This document shows positions 44,752 to 48,084 of a DNA stretch of 48,084 bases, piece by piece. The notes under the pieces were generated by a model. It was given only the letters and a program-made list of their open reading frames with translations, was not told the DNA's origin and made no database searches. Position 1 is the stretch's first letter. Each line of letters starts with the position of its first letter. Position numbers and translations under genes: made by a program. The DNA comes from an uncultured bacterium (GTDB lineage Bacteria > Latescibacterota > MWCZ01), in contig CAZWQW010000001.1 of NCBI GenBank assembly GCA_964635955.1, forward strand, positions 95,491 to 143,574, given 5' to 3'.

Positions 44752-44789
44752 ACGCGAATTTTCTTTTTAGAATCACGACACGCTTGATG

Positions 44790-45179
44790 TTACATCACGC
44801 GACGAGCGAATTTGCGACCGCGTTCTTTCACGTCCGATACTGTGTCGTCCAGCGACTTCAGTTCCTTCTCAACACTCTTCACTTTACGATTCACTGACTT
44901 AGCGATCGCGTCGGTATCGATGTTCTCGTCGTAGAGATCCTTCAATCGATCAACGACGCGCTCGCCCTGTTCGCCAAGATCCTCGAGGTAGTCCAAAACG
45001 CGCTGCCAGAATGTCCGCCGACGACGTCGAATGATCGCTCGAGTAATCAGCAACGTAATAACGCTGACGACAAGAACAACCGCGCCGCCTATTGCTGCGT
45101 ATTCCCAGTTCTCACGCGCGACCTTCTGGACCCGCTTGATCGCTGCGTTGTTCAACGGATCGATCGAAGTGTTTCCCAT
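44790..45179 (-). CDS. Small single-pass membrane protein with a coiled-coil C-terminus
   Basis: RBS GAGGAG. TM YAAIGGAVVLVVSVITLLITRAII followed by RRRRR. Charged helical tail. Confidence 0.7.
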   Translation of the reverse strand: MGNTSIDPLNNAAIKRVQKVARENWEYAAIGGAVVLVVSVITLLITRAIIRRRRRTFWQRVLDYLEDLGEQGERVVDRLKDLYDENIDTDAIAKSVNRKVKSVEKELKSLDDTVSDVKERGRKFARRVM

Positions 45180-45279
45180 CCCAATGTCTCCTCATTCGAA
45201 AACGCCGAAAGCTACACGACATTCGATTTCGTAGTATTCACCAATGAGAACGCTGCAGACCTCGCTCGCGTTCCGTGTA

Positions 45280-46779
45280 CTATCCGATTTCCGCACCCGA
45301 CGGCACCGAGAAGGTAAACGTCGTGCCAACGCCGACCTCGCTCGTCACATCGATGCTTCCACCGTGCGCTTCAAGAATATACCGTACGATTGTCAATCCG
45401 AGACCGGTGCCTTTCACTTGACTCGTGCGTGCGGCTTTCGCCTGATGGAATTTATCGAAAATCGTTGGAAGCTCTGTAGCCGGAATACCGACACCCGTAT
45501 CGGCCACTGCGCAAACAACCGTCTCACCTCGATGCTCACACGTCAACGATATCGCTCCGCCTTCTGGCGTGAACTTGATTGCGTTGCTCAAGAGATTGAT
45601 GAGAACCTGCTCCATACGAGTCGGGTCCACCATCGCGGTTACATCGTCGCGATTCGGCTTCATGCTGACACGTAGCTGTTTTTCCTTCGCGAGCGGCGAA
45701 ACCGTTGCTACCGACCGTCGAATGAGGTCACGCATATCAACGCGCTCAGGAACGATATCGAGCTTACCAGCTTCAAGTTTCGCGGTGTCGAGAAGATCGT
45801 TGATAAGTGCACCGAGTCGTTGCGCATTCGAACGCACTATACCGACGATTTCGCGTTGATCAGGCGACAATTTACCAACGACCTCTTCTTCAAGAAGTAA
45901 TGCAGACTGCTTCACCGAAGCGATCGGTGTTCGCAGTTCGTGTGAAACGTTCGAGAGGAAATCCGCCTTCAGTTCGTCCAGTTCGCCTAACCGACGGCTC
46001 ATCGCATTTACACCGTCGGCAATCTCCTCGAACTCATCGCCGCTCTCAAGTCGCGCGCGGTCGCCAAAGTTTCCTTCTGCAACAGCGGAAAGCGTGTTGC
46101 TCAAACGCTTCGTCGATCTCCTGATACTCCGATTGAGCAGGAACACGGTTCCAAGAAGTAGCGCAACTACGAGCAGCGCGATCGTTGCGACCCGTCGAAT
46201 CATCCGTTGCCGAAACTCGGCGGCGCTTTGAACAAGGTTTCTCGCGTCTTCTCGTGCATGTTGTTGAAGTGTTGACAGCGCATTTTGGAGTCGTTCGTCG
46301 GGCTCATGCCAACGGTGAAGCATCGCTTCGGCTTCATCTGGCAGACCGCTCCTCGCCAATCGCTCTGCTTCGTCGAACACCTGATCAAGGTCCCGCGCCG
46401 CAACACGCAGCGCTTCGATGCTCGATTGTATAGATGCTCGTTCGCCAAAACGAGATCGCGATACCACCATAAGGACGCTATCACGCGGAGCGCGCAGACT
46501 GTTTGCGTAACGTCGCTGAGAGGTAATCTCTGGAGTAACCAAGGAGGAACGGTCGGATTCCAGCGCGCGTACAATCACGTGTCCCCATGCACGCCGCGCA
46601 CGGTCTATATCGTCTGCTACACTGTTGATCGAAAGGAGTTGCTCCTGAGCGTCAGCGGCGAGCCCGAGGTGTTCGTCAACCTTCCGGAGATCGTTCACGA
46701 TCCAAAACGCGCCTCCGACTACCGCCCCGATCATAAGCAGGTTTCCAAGAAGCACTTTTCGAGCGATCGTCAGCCGCAC
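45280..46779 (-). CDS. Sensor histidine kinase (2 TM, ~170-aa extracytoplasmic domain, HAMP, HisKA, HATPase_c)
   Basis: GTG start 6 nt after AGGAG. H-box SHELRTPIASV, N-box LLSNAIKFTPEGG, G-boxes DTGVGI and GTGLGLTIV. Confidence 0.88.
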   Translation of the reverse strand: MRLTIARKVLLGNLLMIGAVVGGAFWIVNDLRKVDEHLGLAADAQEQLLSINSVADDIDRARRAWGHVIVRALESDRSSLVTPEITSQRRYANSLRAPRDSVLMVVSRSRFGERASIQSSIEALRVAARDLDQVFDEAERLARSGLPDEAEAMLHRWHEPDERLQNALSTLQQHAREDARNLVQSAAEFRQRMIRRVATIALLVVALLLGTVFLLNRSIRRSTKRLSNTLSAVAEGNFGDRARLESGDEFEEIADGVNAMSRRLGELDELKADFLSNVSHELRTPIASVKQSALLLEEEVVGKLSPDQREIVGIVRSNAQRLGALINDLLDTAKLEAGKLDIVPERVDMRDLIRRSVATVSPLAKEKQLRVSMKPNRDDVTAMVDPTRMEQVLINLLSNAIKFTPEGGAISLTCEHRGETVVCAVADTGVGIPATELPTIFDKFHQAKAARTSQVKGTGLGLTIVRYILEAHGGSIDVTSEVGVGTTFTFSVPSGAEIG

Positions 46780-46787
46780 GGCGACTC

Positions 46788-47927
46788 CTACCCGGTTATC
46801 ACCGCACGGGCAAATCGCGAACCCGAGTGCGCTTCCGCGAGCCCCTGCATTTCCAGAAGCGTCAGCGAGGTAAGGAGATCCGAGGTATCTTTGCCGAGTT
46901 TCGTCGCAAGATCGTCGATATGAACCGGGTCGACAGTAAGCGCTTCGACGATCGCGCGGTCTTCGCCGGTGAGATGGTCCGGTATCTCAACAGGTAACGC
47001 AATTCGGTCGCCACCAGGTACCGAAACCGAGGTTGCGAGACCGAGGCTTACCAAGAGTTCATCGCCACCCGTAACGACTTGCGCTCCATCGGCTATAAGT
47101 CGATTCACACCGGTAGATTGTTCTCGTGTTATATCACCAGGAACAGCGTATACGTCGCGATTCTGCTCGTTGGCAACCCGCGCAGTTATCAACGCACCCG
47201 AACGTAGCGGCGCTTCCGTCACGATTACCGCACGCGAGAGTCCACTGATGATCCGGTTTCTTCTCGGAAAGTGTGTCGCGTCTGGAGGTATGCCTATAGA
47301 AAACTCACTAACGACTGCACCTTCCAACGCGATCTGTTCGTGCAATTCCTTCGATTCAGGCGGATACGTCACGTCAACGCCACACCCCAACACGGCAACG
47401 GTAGTGCCGCCGCATTTCAACGCGGCTTTATGCGCGACGGTATCAACACCGCGAGCCATCCCGCTGATGATCGTGATACCGTGTTCGACAAGCCTTTTCG
47501 TCAGCCCGTTCGTAACCTGTCTGCCGTACGGTGACGGCCGACGTGTGCCTACGATAGCAACGCCCGGCACCGCAAGAAGGCCCACGTCGCCCCGTACGTA
47601 GAGCAATGCCGGCGCATCATCGAGGACTGCAAGATGCTCCGGATACCCTCCGTCGGTGATCGCGAGAACGGTTACGCCGAGTTCCAGTGCACGATCACGC
47701 TGCCGAAGAACAGCGTCATCCGCCGTTCTCCCAGCAATAGCCGACGCAACAGCCGGTGTTACACCGTCGACGCCAACCAATTCCCCGATCGACGCGCCGA
47801 GTGCATTCTCAGCGGTCCCGAAATAGCGCATGATCGCCGAAAACCGTTTTCCGCCAACACCCGGGGCGGAACTGAGCGTGAGCAGCGCGGCGAGTTCGTC
47901 AGGTGTTCGATCGATCATCCTGTTCAC
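46788..47927 (-). CDS. dprA: DNA-processing protein DprA (Smf)
   Basis: Rossmann-like core VAIVGTRRPSPYG, SGMARGVDTVAHKAAL, FPRRNRIISG. C-terminal winged-helix domain. Confidence 0.88.
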   Translation of the reverse strand: MNRMIDRTPDELAALLTLSSAPGVGGKRFSAIMRYFGTAENALGASIGELVGVDGVTPAVASAIAGRTADDAVLRQRDRALELGVTVLAITDGGYPEHLAVLDDAPALLYVRGDVGLLAVPGVAIVGTRRPSPYGRQVTNGLTKRLVEHGITIISGMARGVDTVAHKAALKCGGTTVAVLGCGVDVTYPPESKELHEQIALEGAVVSEFSIGIPPDATHFPRRNRIISGLSRAVIVTEAPLRSGALITARVANEQNRDVYAVPGDITREQSTGVNRLIADGAQVVTGGDELLVSLGLATSVSVPGGDRIALPVEIPDHLTGEDRAIVEALTVDPVHIDDLATKLGKDTSDLLTSLTLLEMQGLAEAHSGSRFARAVITG

Positions 47928-48084
47928 CTTGATCTAATTCAGTCGGGAGCTGCTGGGTGTACATATCGCGGTTTTCGTCCTGTTTCGGAGGTGCGGCAGG
48001 TCCTTCATCAAGAAGCACCAGCAACTCACGACGCAACTCATCGAGCCCGACATGAGTCACCGCGCTGATTCCGATTACCGCGCG
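47899..48084 (-). CDS. C-terminal fragment of a GTPase-like protein (gene starts beyond the window end)
   Basis: The open frame to the window edge reads ..VIGISAVTHVGLDELRRELLVLL.., which resembles the G5 (SA) region and C-terminal helix of Obg/Era/Der-type GTPases. Stop at 47899-47901 overlaps the dprA start. Confidence 0.35.
   Translation of the reverse strand, partial: RAVIGISAVTHVGLDELRRELLVLLDEGPAAPPKQDENRDMYTQQLPTELDQGEQDDRSNT

Noticed and set aside
42657-44789. An integrated mobile element at tRNA-Glu.
   Set aside because: There is no integrase, recombinase or transposase gene. I found no direct repeat of the tRNA 3' end downstream. I kept only the weaker statement that the segment looks accessory.
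1-48084. CRISPR arrays, rRNA genes, reverse transcriptases (retron/DGR), and known defence-system genes other than the MNT/HEPN remnant.
   Set aside because: Reading both strands, I found no regularly spaced repeats and no corresponding ORFs.

Overview
This is a 48-kb bacterial chromosomal window of about 55% GC (estimated by eye). It is almost fully coding: about 47 CDS and one tRNA-Glu(CUC). I found no rRNA, CRISPR array, transposase, integrase or reverse transcriptase. Strong GGAGG-type ribosome-binding sites (RBS), a fused SecDF, a Bat/MoxR operon and a GldG-like gene suggest an FCB-group-like or related uncultured lineage, but this is inference only.

The main candidate for an undescribed system is at 989-17400 on the minus strand. 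It is a 16-gene, largely overlap-coupled super-operon. A MoxR AAA+ / DUF58 / BatA-BatB-BatC-BatD-BatE (VWA/TPR) aerotolerance-type cluster is split by a complete ABC-2 exporter module (ATPase, permease, GldG-like accessory protein, DUF4340). The cluster also carries two extra BatD/DUF4381-like paralogs, a DUF58 with an inserted two-helix membrane hairpin, an acidic low-complexity protein, and flanking TPR and HEAT proteins.

The centre holds housekeeping genes (secDF, pdxJ, tatC, tyrS, tatA, rRNA methyltransferases). These are mixed with signal-peptide-less glycosidases: one GH127 and two GH2 beta-mannosidase paralogs flanking tyrS.

Other notable calls:
- an H-NOX-like protein without the proximal histidine
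- a LexA homolog lacking all three self-cleavage elements, next to a sensor-less MCP
- a tRNA-adjacent MNT antitoxin with a truncated HEPN remnant
- a 433-aa uncharacterised protein
- a candidate promoter-plus-terminator small RNA in a gap between two minus-strand genes

All family calls come from motif reading by eye. No database search was run.
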